DNA of 63,651 nucleotides, the filler included, from Olpidium bornovanus S191 (Eukaryota; Fungi; Olpidiomycota): NCBI GenBank assembly GCA_017911155.1. It is 29 parts of 29 records of this genome, joined end to end, with 100 filler letters (N's around TTAATTAATTAA, not from the genome) between each part and the next. Parts side by side here need not be neighbours in the genome. Positions count along the whole stretch, not along the records: positions 23,600 to 26,216 come from JAEFCI010006095.1; positions 26,317 to 29,429 come from JAEFCI010005196.1; positions 29,530 to 31,520 come from JAEFCI010001307.1; positions 31,621 to 33,360 come from JAEFCI010011141.1; positions 33,461 to 35,575 come from JAEFCI010002232.1; 24 more parts are not named here. One strand, 5' to 3'. Made by a program: the position numbers and the translations under genes. Of the stretch, positions 24,082 to 34,745 are shown one piece after another; the stretch's first letter is position 1; each line of letters opens with the position of its first letter. The notes under the pieces were generated by a model. It was not told where the DNA came from, did no database searches, and was given only the letters and a program-made list of their open reading frames with translations.

Positions 24082-24155
24082 GATGTAAATCGCAGTCTAA
24101 TTCTTCAGACTGAAAGGGATGTAAATCGCAGTCTAATTCTTCAGACTGAAAGGGA
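24082..24155. repeat. Perfect 36-bp tandem duplication, each unit with a 6-bp hairpin
   Basis: GATGTAAATCGCAGTCTAATTCTTCAGACTGAAAGG x2; CAGTCT...AGACTG inverted pair in each unit. Confidence 0.95.
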
Positions 24156-24351
24156 GGGGGACCGAAAACGACGGTTCGAGGGAGAGAGAAAAAAAAAAAC
24201 CAAACAAACGTAACACGAATTCGGGAGACACAAGTGATCTTGCCCGCCGTTCGGCGGCGGACGGGACTAGACGAAGAATCGTGTTTCCGTGATTTTTAAG
24301 AAATGCTGCCGAACGGGCGGCGCAGATAAAACTTTTCCTTTCTCCGTCTGT

Positions 24352-26216
24352 TCAGCAGAATACCCATCGGGTCCCATCGCCTGCGGCGAGCGCGGACCTC
24401 CCAGGAAGAGGCGCCTGCGGAGCGGCCTGCGCCGCGCGCGCTCCGGTGTAGAAGGCGTCGCCGCCGCCGGGCCCGCGGGCGGGGAAGTAAAACTCGTCCG
24501 GCGAGTCGGCGCGCTCGAAAACCGCCGCGTCCGGCGGCAAGCACCAGGCGGCCGCGGGCGCCGGGCCCAGCGGAGCCCCGTGGGGGGGCACCAGGGCGAA
24601 CTGGCCCGCCGCCGTCACGAGGCGGCAGGCGAGAGGTTGAAGGCCGTGCTGCTGCTGTTGCTGGAGGATCTGCTGTTGCTGGAGGATCTGCTGCTGCTGT
24701 TGCTGCAGAAGCTGCTGCTGCTGCTGCAGAAGCTGCTGCTGCTGCTGCAGAAGCTGCTGCTGCTGGTGGTGCAGGGCCGGCGAGAAGCGCGAATCGGCGG
24801 CGGCAGCGGCTGCGGTGCCGGCCGCCTCCGCGACGTCCGCGGCGATCCCCGCGGCGTCTGCGGTTAACCCCGCGAAGCCCGGAGCTACGCCCGCGAAAAC
24901 CGCGGCGCCGGGCGGCTCCGCGTCTGGGAAAACCGAGGGGAAAGAGAACAGCGCCGGCCCCGGCTCGACCGCGAACTCCTCGTTCGCCTGGGCGGCGCGG
25001 GCTCCGCGGCTCTCGTCCGCGGCGGCGGGTACCGGGAGCGGGCGCGGGAGTTCCCAATTGCCCGCGGAGGCGCCGGGCGCGTCGCCCTCGCGAGCCGCGA
25101 AGTCGAGCTCCCCGGGCGCGGCGAAGAGGCCGCCGGCGGCCGACCAGCCTTCGTCTCCGATCTCCGTCTGCGCAAAATTCCCGTACCACTCGTCGAAACG
25201 CCTCAACTCCTCGTCGCGCCCGGAGGAGGCGGCCGGGCCCTCGCCGCGGTCCACGCGCTTGATCCTCCAGTCCAGGCCCGGCTCCGGCGAGACCTCAAGG
25301 TCCGGCCCGGGCCGGCTCTCGACTCCCGCCTCCTCTGCGGCCCCGGCGCCGCCGCCCAACCGCTCGGGGAAAGCGGGCTTCGCCTCGCGCGAGGCCCTCC
25401 TCGCCTTCTTCGCCGGCCTCTGCCCCTGCGACGGCCCCGTCCCGCCGGCGTCTGCGCCGCCTTCGATTTCCGCGCTCTTCCGCCTGCAGAGCCGGTTGCG
25501 GAACCGCGTCTCGGCCACACCCCGCCTTTCCGCGCCCAGCGGCGACGCAGGCCGCTCGCGCTCGGCCGAATCGGGCGTCCGGGTCCGGGCGAACACGTCT
25601 TTGAGTGCCGCCGACTGGTCCTTGCCGAAGCGGTGCCGTTTGGCTCTCGCGATTCCATCCGCGCGGTCGACAAGAGGTGACGGAGATTTGAACGAAAGCG
25701 CCTGTCCGGCGAGGCGTGACGGGGATCCTGGCGAAAGCGAGTTTCCTACGAAACTGGACGGAGATCCGCGCGAAAATGCCTCTCCTTCGAGACTCACAAG
25801 AGATCCGGGCGAAAGCGCGTCTTTTTCGAGACTTGAAAGAGATCTATTTGAAGATGCGTCTTCGGCGAGAGTCGACGAAGATCCATTTGAAAAGGCGTCT
25901 CCGGCGAAACGCAACGGAGATCCGAACGAAGGCGCGTCTCCGGCGAACGGCGACGGAGATCCATTTGAAAAGGCGTCTCGAGGCGACGGAAATCCATTTG
26001 AAAAGGCATCCTCCCCGGCTAGACGCAACGGAAATCCGAACGAAGGCGCGTCTCCGGCGAACGGCGACGGAGATCCATTTGAAAAGGCGTCTCGAGGCGA
26101 CGGAGATCCATTTGAAAAGGCATCCTCCCCGGCTAGACGCAACGGAAATCCGAACGAAGGCGCGTCTCCGGCGAACGGCGACGGAGATCCATTTGAAAAG
26201 GCATCCTCCCCGGCTA
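24352..26216 (-). CDS. Intronless ORF (5' open) with Ser-Pro repeats, a degenerate homeodomain and polyQ
   Basis: Frame is open from the contig edge to the stop at 24352 (>620 codons). Homeodomain-like segment KRHRFGKDQSAALKDVFARTRTPDSAERERPASPLGAERRGVAETRFRNRLCRRK at 25477-25641; Q/L tract at ~24648-24765. Confidence 0.75.
25880..26216 (-). repeat. Coding higher-order repeat, 114-nt (38-aa) units built from 11-14-aa subunits
   Basis: Anchor GCAACGGA recurs at 25911, 26025 and 26139. Unit: LAGEDAFSNGSPSP-RDAFSNGSPSP-FAGDAPSFGFPLR. Confidence 0.92.
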
Positions 26217-26316
26217 NNNNNNNNNNNNNNNNNNNNNNNNNNNNNNNNNNNNNNNNNNNNTTAATTAATTAANNNNNNNNNNNNNNNNNNNNNNNNNNNN
26301 NNNNNNNNNNNNNNNN

Positions 26317-26354
<38 letters not shown>

Positions 26355-26405
26355 AAAGACGACCTCGGGGATGGAGTGGATATGTTATTTAAGGTCTTTT
26401 TTGGA

Positions 26406-28939
26406 TTATGCTACAAGGCTTTGTAATGATTGGATTAGGAAATTCTTTTCGTCGTTGAATTGCTCGTCATCTAAGGAAAAGACGGGGAGTTGGAGGGCGA
26501 CCGGCAAAAGAAGGTTAGCGGCAGGGGAGAGCAATTTGCAGGGGAGAGCAATTTGCAGGGGAGAGAATTTGCAGGGAGCAATTTGCAGGGGAGAGCAATT
26601 CTTTTAAAGTAGAAATAATCGCAAAGCGAGGGTGGGCGAAGAACAGACGGAGCGGACGTCTTATGTTTCCAGCGCCGTCACCGATCCGCGGCCACCAAAC
26701 CAGCGCAGCGAGTACACGACACGCAGAAAACTCGGAAGGCAAAGAAAAAAAAAACAAAAAAAGTAAAAAAAAAAAAAAAAAAAAAAAAGAGAGGGCGGGC
26801 GAAGAGGGCGGGCGAGGACGCGGAGGCACACGGCGACGTACCGCTCCGGTCGTTGTGGAAGTTGCTCAGGAACGTGATGAGCTTGTCCCGGTTCTTCTGC
26901 AGGATGTCGAGGATGGGCTTCTTTTTGTTCGGGTTCGCGACGAACACCTTGAACACGTGGAACGCCTCGAACTGGATGTTGCGGCTCTTGTCGCGCAGCA
27001 GGTTCATCATCAGCTTGAGGTTGTCGGCGGAAGAGATGTACCGCGTCATCACGCTGAAGTTGGCCCGGTCCAGCAGCGTCTCGCCGAGGAGCTGAGGTGT
27101 TTCGTGCAGGGTCCGGGAAAAGGCTGAGTGCACGTCAGCGGGTGCTCCCCCCCACCCCCCCTCCCCCCCCTCCACCTTCCCCCTTCGCCGCCACCATCCG
27201 CCCGGATTCTGGTTTCCTTTTTCTTTTTTTTTCCCTTGTTTGGCGCCCCCCTCGGCCAACCTCTCTTTTCCGCACCTTCAGCGATTGTCTTTTTGTCACG
27301 TAGTTTGTCGAGTTCAGGAGCGCGGTGTACTTCTCGAAGAACTTTTTTTATTCCCGCCCGTTGTAAATCGGGTCACTAAACCAGATCCGCCCCCGGCCGG
27401 TCCGCCGAAGTTTCCCGAAGCTGCGCGCGCGCTCCCCTTCCCCCCCCCCCGCGGGGGCCCTCCTCACGTCATCATATTGCTTGTCCAGGTAATCCGCAAC
27501 CATCGGCTTGTGTCTCGTCAAGATGTCTTTGAAGCTCGCAAACGCGTCCGACGCGATGTCGAAGGTGGACATCTCCACGTAGTCGAAGAACCGGTAGAAG
27601 TCGGGGGAGTGCAGGATGGACCGCGACAGCGCCTCGTGCCGCAAACATTCCCGGAGGATCATTCCGCAGTTGAGCGCAATCTCGGGATTCTCGTAGCTTT
27701 TGGATTTTATTTCATTTTTTTTTGGTTTGTCAAGAGTGCGGTCGCCGCAGTCCGGGACGAAATCGGGGAGGGGGAGGGGGGGTGGGGGCGGGAGAAGAAG
27801 ATCAACAACTGATCTCCTGGCCAACAATGCGATCTGAAAGCGAAATCGCCCTCTTTGCTCAACGTATAGTTCCGATTCGTTTCCCGTCGACGAAATGCTG
27901 GCCGCGTTCCTCCTCGGGTCCTTGTTCCGATTCCGCATCATAGCAGGGATCATTTCACGCTGCGGCCCACCGCTCTTCGCTCACCCTCTCAAGAGCGTGA
28001 GCGGCACCCCGGTGTTATTGCACAGGTAGTCGACGGTCGGGAACCTCGTGCCGATCTGCCTTCGCAGAAGGTTGTTGAAGATCTGGGCGACGTCTTTCTT
28101 TGCCTCGAACTCGAGCTTCGCGATGTTCTGCACCAGCAGCTGCAGCAGATCGTTGTTGTACACTTCTTGGGACAGCTGGGCGACCTGCTCCGAATTCGGT
28201 TCCTGATCTTTTCGCCGAAACGTGGTGGGGGGGGGGGGGGGGGACGAAGACCGGGCGGGTTTGCGGTGCAGTACGGGCTACTCTCTGTCTCTCCCTCCCC
28301 CCATTCTTCCCCACCCCCTTTTTTTGTACCCTTAGACCGCACACGGTCGGCACGAGTTTGGCCCCGCGCGCGTCGCAGGAGACGCGAGCGGAAATTTTCG
28401 CTGACCGTTTTCGCCGTAGAGGATCTTCTTCATTTCCGCCAGCGCTTTCGATATCTCGTCGCTCGCCTGCCGGAGAACGGTTTCGCCGCAGAGCGGGAGC
28501 GTGGTTAAATGCGGGACGCGCCTCGCGTCAGGTAAAGAAAACGGGGGGGATAAAATGGGCACAATATCTGCATGCAAACCACCCTCCCCGCCGCACTCGG
28601 GGGGCCGCAAAACCGCGTGCCGCTCTCGGCGGGCCAGATCAGTCGCAATTCTCCGCTCGAGCGAGCGGGCAGAACGGGCCGCGGGGGGCACCTCTCCCCC
28701 TTTTCCCTCTTCCCACCCCGCAGGCGCGCGCGCGCGGGACGCTCCCCGGGCCCACTACCCCTGCCGGGCGGGCGACCCCTCCTCCTTTTTGGCGGGGGCG
28801 CCTTCCCCCGTCCAGGGCGAGAGGCAAAAAGTACCTTCTTCCTGTCGCCGGTGCCGGAGTCCAGCTTCGGCACGTCGACCTTCACGGTCCGCACCAGCTC
28901 CTGCGGTGTCTGCTTTCTCCCCTTGAACAGGAAATTCAT
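26406..28939 (-). CDS. HYM1: MO25/CAB39 (Hym1) RAM-network scaffold, apparently complete, multi-exon
   Basis: [16 protein letters not shown]...[31 protein letters not shown]...[21 protein letters not shown]...FDIASDAF...[26 protein letters not shown]...[13 protein letters not shown], stop at 26406. Confidence 0.97.
26521..26600. repeat. ~17-nt minisatellite GCAGGGGAGAGCAATTT x5 in the last MO25 intron
   Basis: Units at 26521, 26538, 26555, 26571 and 26585, two with small deletions. Confidence 0.9.
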
Positions 28940-28948
28940 TTTCTCTCT

Positions 28949-28980
<32 letters not shown>

Positions 28981-30284
28981 CTGGTTTTCCGGGACAAAAA
29001 AGTCCACGCGAACCGGGAAGGCGGGGTGGGGTGGGGGAGGCGGCGGGCGGGGCGCGGCGGACGGCTTTTTTCGGAGTGGGCGTGGGTGGGGCTGCCTGCT
29101 CGGCAGCGGGCGTGACGGTGCTGCGGGTCGTTTCGTCCGTGTTCCGGTGGCGTCCCGGGGGGGAAAGAGGAGAGAGGAGGGAGGTTAGAGCGTTTCTGCG
29201 GAGGGCGGCGCGGGGGGGGGGAAAGAGAGAGAAGATCCACACACCAATGAAGGGTAACTACCTCGTGCCGTGCGGTGCAGGACGGGCTACTCTCTGTCTC
29301 TCCCTCCCTTCACAGGGGATCAGCCGTCACACATCAAACACAATGGCTGTGTTCGAACCTTCAACACATCGATCCAATTGCCGTGGCCGAGAATATGCCC
29401 TCAGCGTAGGCAATACTGCGGCAGCATAGNNNNNNNNNNNNNNNNNNNNNNNNNNNNNNNNNNNNNNNNNNNNTTAATTAATTAANNNNNNNNNNNNNNN
29501 NNNNNNNNNNNNNNNNNNNNNNNNNNNNNCATGATACACGCGCGAAATTCGATGAGAGATGGAACGGACCATTCGTTGTTGTAGATATCGACGATTCGTT
29601 CACGTATCGCCTGCGAACGCTTGATAATGTTGCTTTGCCGCGTCGAATTGCTGGCAAACGAGTCAAGATCTTTCGACGCCGAGACTTGACAGTCGAAGAA
29701 ACGCTTGTGCTGACCGAGCTTCCGGCTTGAGAACAAAAGTAGCAGGTTCTTTGGTGTGGTTGATTTCTACATCCTGTGAAATCAGGGGGTGGATGTGGTG
29801 TGAACTTTGTTCACTTCGATTTTGATTTTTCCTTATTACTTCGCTTTTATTCTGTTTTGATTCTGATTGTACTCTGGTCAATTTCGATTTGTGAACTTTG
29901 TTCGCTTCTATTTTGATTTATTCCGTTTCGATTTTGACTTTTTTTGTTTCGATTTTGATTGTACTTTATTCGCTTTGATTTCATTTTATTCCACTTCGAT
30001 TCTGTAGCCTTTGATTGGAGTCTGTCTCCTTCTAGTCGCCTTTCTATTGCTTTTTGATTTCGATTTACGCGTAGCGATAGTTTACGCGTTTGACGGCTGT
30101 ACGCAGATAGATTTTCTTTCTCCCCTCGGAGCTCGAACGCACCAAACGAACGAAACTAAACGTAGAATCAAACGCAATAAAAGCAACGAGCTTGCGATCT
30201 TTTCAAAAAAAACTCAGGCCATCGAGTGCTCGTTTTCCGCACCTCACCGTCCCCATCCCGCCGTCGCCGTCCCTCGATGCACGG

Positions 30285-31520
30285 ATGGATCTACCGCCGC
30301 TTCGCGTCCCCATGTTCATCCCCAAACAGGCGCCCGACGCCACTCCCGCCGCCACGACCGCCGCGCCCGCTGCTTCGTCCGCCCGTGTCGAAACCCCGGC
30401 TTCCGCCTCCGCCGTCGACGCTCTCCTTCGACAGCAGAAGCTGGCTGGCCTCGCCGAGTGGCGCGCTTCGATCGTTGCCCGCGTCGGTGCTGTTACCGCC
30501 GCTGCGCTTTTAACCGACGTTGACGCTGCCCTTCCCGCCATCGTCGACGACCCGTCCATTTCGTTGCAGGAGTTGAGCGTTACCTGCGCCTCGCTTGACG
30601 AGCGCCTCATCGAGATGGCTGCCTCGTACCGTGCGCCGAGCTGCTCCCTGTCGCTTCTCCAGGCGAGCCTCGACCGCACGGCTGCTGGACTCGCGGACCC
30701 ATCGACGACCGTTCGCCCGTCGACAATGACCGCTTGTGTTCCGTCTCATTCGCCCCCTGCTCGGTCTCGTCATCGTTCTTCGACGAACCGCCGCCGCCGC
30801 CGCGGATGATCGTCCTCTTCGTCAATCGAAAGCTCGTCCGAATCGTCGTCTTCCGATTCGGAGGAGGATCGCTCGCTGTCCCCGACCTCCTGCCGTCCCT
30901 CTGGTGGTGCTGTGTCGACCGGCGTTTCCCGTGTCGTCCTTCACGGCCGCCGAGTCCGCATGTCTCCCTTGTGGGACAATGCACTCCAGTGTGGAGGCGG
31001 ATAGATCGCGTGGAAGCAGTGCTTCCTTTCCGAGCTTGAGCTCTATGGGACTTTCACCGAGGCCCAGAAGCTCGCCGAACTGCGCAACAACGTCGTCCCC
31101 GAATTGTGCAGCTTTCTGAACTGGGACATGGAGCGTCATCGTCCCCTTTCGACGCTCCAGGAAAGCCTCGATGTGCTCGCTAATCTGTACGCGTCGTCCT
31201 ACGCGTTGAACCCGAAGCAGATTTTTGCATTGAAGGTCACCCAGCTCCGTCAGGAGCCCGCCGAAAGCATGGCCGCGTACCTCGCGAAAGCGAACGCGCT
31301 ATGCATTGAATATGCTGCGGAGAGCAACCTTCGACCCGACCGTCACCGCCGCCATCAGAAGGCGATCGACTCGTGGGCCCGCGATTACCTGATGCCGGCG
31401 TTCCTGCGCGGACTTCAGGAGCGTTTCGCCCACCTGTGTGACGACCGTTCGAAACGGTGGGGTAAGTTCTGCAAGCGAATGCTTCGCCGATCTGTCGACG
31501 TTCAACGGCAGTTCGCCCCC
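30285..31520 (+). mobile_element. Decayed retroelement gag-like ORF
   Basis: *IAWKQCFLSELELYGTFTEAQKLAELRNNV...KVTQLRQEPAESMAAYLAKANAL...FLRGL is capsid-like; in-frame TAG at 31002 and frameshifts upstream; no introns. Confidence 0.6.
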
Positions 31521-32640
31521 NNNNNNNNNNNNNNNNNNNNNNNNNNNNNNNNNNNNNNNNNNNNTTAATTAATTAANNNNNNNNNNNNNNNNNNNNNNNN
31601 NNNNNNNNNNNNNNNNNNNNCATGAGGTTCCGTTATCCGGAATTCACCCTTTCCTGCCCACCTTTTGCCGATCCACGCAAAGGCTCAGAAACCACACAGT
31701 GGCCTGGGAGAGGTTTCTGAGCAGTACCGCAGTTCTCGTGGTTCCTTTGATTAAGCAACAACTGTCTGTTTTGGGTGCCCGCGCTCACGCCAGCAAATTT
31801 TTTTTGGAAGAAAAGGCCAACTTTTCTTTCCCCCCGATAAGGTTTATTGGCTGGTCACTGTTAATATTCAGGGCGGCAATTGTGGAAACAGTGCGGCGCG
31901 CCGGATTTTGCTTTTTTTTTTTTTTGTTTTTGAAAAGGGGCGGCTTAATGACCATTCAATCGGAAGACGAGGGACGGAACAAGCGAGTGCGGTGGAAAAG
32001 CAACGGAGACAAGTCGCGGTGGAAAGGTAAAGGAGTTCCTTCGCGCGCGCAAGAACGCGAAAAAAAAAAAAAAGACGCCGGTTCTTTTTCCCGCTTCGCG
32101 ATTCGCTATTCCCCGCTTGCCCCGTTTTCGGTCGTTCGAACTCCGCATTTTCATTTATGTCCGGCTCACTATTGCATGAAGTAAACTACAACACAATGCG
32201 CATTGGCACGCGCGCCCCCTCCCCTTTCTTACCTTTACCCCGCCGCCCACCCCCACCCCACCTCCGCCTCCCCCACTTCCCCGCAGTCGGCTGCTCCCTC
32301 CACCAACGCCTGCCTCGCCGCGCAGTCGGAACCAGCGGAGGAGCGTGTTTCGTGCGACCAGAGCGAAGAGCCGTGGTCGCCACGGCGTCAAGTGGAAGGG
32401 TACCTGCTTTGTGTTCGCGTTGGTCGTCACACGCTCGTTCTGCCGGACAGTCCGACCTGTCTCCGGCGCGGTCGTCAGAGGTGGCGCTGGCCCGCTGCGA
32501 CACGAACTCGTGGCCCACGCTGAGCCGGCTGAGAAGTCCCGCAGTGGTCCAACCGGCCCGTGTTCGACGCCGACTCCCGCGCGCCAGTGGACCACAGCTG
32601 CTAATTAACGGTGGAAGCCCCGGGAAACTGTTTGCCCAGC

Positions 32641-33360
<720 letters not shown>

Positions 33361-33569
33361 NNNNNNNNNNNNNNNNNNNNNNNNNNNNNNNNNNNNNNNN
33401 NNNNTTAATTAATTAANNNNNNNNNNNNNNNNNNNNNNNNNNNNNNNNNNNNNNNNNNNNAGGGGTGAATTCAGGGGCGTGATGTGTGCAGTGCACCTCG
33501 TTCTCCCCTTTTTTTTTCAACAGGAGGCCCAACCCCCCCCTCCCCCGCAGGGAGAACTCTGCAGCGACA

Positions 33570-33818
33570 GTGGAGGCCATGCTGCGCTGCGAGAGCAAGA
33601 CACACGCGCAGGGGAACGAGACGCATAACAGGAGCGTATGTTTCAAAAAAATCCACACCAGGAACTTGAGTGAACCCACGAGCGACAAGTCTTGCCTTAT
33701 GCTTCTTGAAGCTCCCATCCGCGTTTTTCTGTGTTTTGAACACCCACTTGCATCCGATGGCCTTGCGCCCCGGCGGCAAGTCCACGTGTACGAGGTCCCA
33801 AGTTCCAACTCCGAGGCC
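33570..33818 (-). mobile_element. Ty1/copia reverse transcriptase N-terminal fragment
   Basis: GTWDLV...LPPGRKAIGCKWVFKTQKNADGSFKKHKARLVARGFTQVPGVDFFETYAPV (RVT_2 start). Confidence 0.92.
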
Positions 33819-34084
33819 AATGATCTCGTAGAACGATGGTTGGACGTTCAGACGAAGTCGGTTGTCAATCTCGTAAATCTGGCCAAGAATGAACTGCTTC
33901 GAGTACCGCACTATCCTTCCCCGTTCCGGATCGGTTTTCTCCGTACGCGTGTCGCGGGCGAAAATGACCTGCTGGGCGCCTGTCCCTGCCGCTGGATGCT
34001 CCCGCGCCCATTCCTGGGCCTGTTCCAGCCGCGGGAAAACGAGGTACTGAGGCCCCTGGTATCGGAAACCCAAGCGTCGTCCAT
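33819..34084 (-). pseudogene. PrimPol/AEP-like primase N-terminal fragment, truncated before the catalytic DxE motif
   Basis: MDDAWVSDTRG (1-nt frameshift in a G-run) PQYLVFPRLEQAQEWARE...QVIFARD...SKQFILG...SFYEII aligns motif by motif with human PrimPol LFHRQAQAFNFV...HVFALE...QRIYLVT...HCYEVI. Recognised by eye only. Confidence 0.55.
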
Positions 34085-34167
34085 GCTGGAGCAGAGCTCG
34101 AGGCTCGTTTGCAGGAAAAGCGCTTGTTTGGCCCTTTTTTGTACGCTGAAGGGGGAGGGGGGGGGTG

Positions 34168-34210
34168 TACTGCGCGCAGTAGACCGACTGTTTATAACAG
34201 TTATAACTGT
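34168..34210. promoter_or_regulatory. Two perfect 14-bp palindromes (TACTGCGCGCAGTA, ACAGTTATAACTGT)
   Basis: At 34168-34181 and 34197-34210, between the primase-like ATG and the repeat arrays. The palindromes are certain; a regulatory role is inferred. Confidence 0.6.
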
Positions 34211-34231
34211 CGCCGTATAACGCGAGGACGC

Positions 34232-34610
34232 TTTATCCCTCGGAAGTTTACTCTTTAGAAATTTATCCATTGGAAGTTTACCCCTTGCGCGCCCACACTA
34301 TACGACAAGGACCCTTGCTCCTACGCGGGTAAGATAAGGACCCTTGCTCCTATGCGTGTACGATAAGGACCCTTGCTCCTACGCGGGTCAGGGGTGCTGT
34401 TGCCTTGGTTACGTCTTACAGAAAGTCTCTTTTTCGTATGCTGGTAGGATAAAGTATATTTTCTCGGAAGTTTATCCCCCGGAAGTTTACCCCTTAGAAA
34501 TTTATCCTTTGGATGTTTACCCCTTGCGCGCCTACACTATACGACAAGGACCCTTGCTCCTACGCTGGTAGGATAAGGACCCTTGCTCCTACGCGGGTAA
34601 GATAAGGACC
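34232..34610. repeat. Duplicated bipartite repeat block (15-nt x4-5 plus 29-nt x3), offset 239 bp
   Basis: 15-mers like TTTATCCCTCGGAAG at 34232/47/62/77 and 34471/86/34501/16; 29-mers AAGGACCCTTGCTCCTACGCGGGTAAGAT at 34307/36/65 and 34546/75/34604 (last one partial). Confidence 0.93.
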
Positions 34611-34745
34611 GAGGCGAACACCGCTACACATATAAACCTCTCCCGCCCCCGCCGCGCTTGCCTCCGTTTCTGCCTCCAAAACCTGACAGGGCCAGAACGA
34701 AAAAGCTACCCCAGGCCCGCTTGCCTTCCCGCTTGGGCTCCGCAC

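Noticed and set aside
24815-26216. 485-aa plus-strand ORF overlapping the homeodomain-like gene
   Set aside because: Antisense shadow of a GC-rich in-frame repeat; no recognisable domain.
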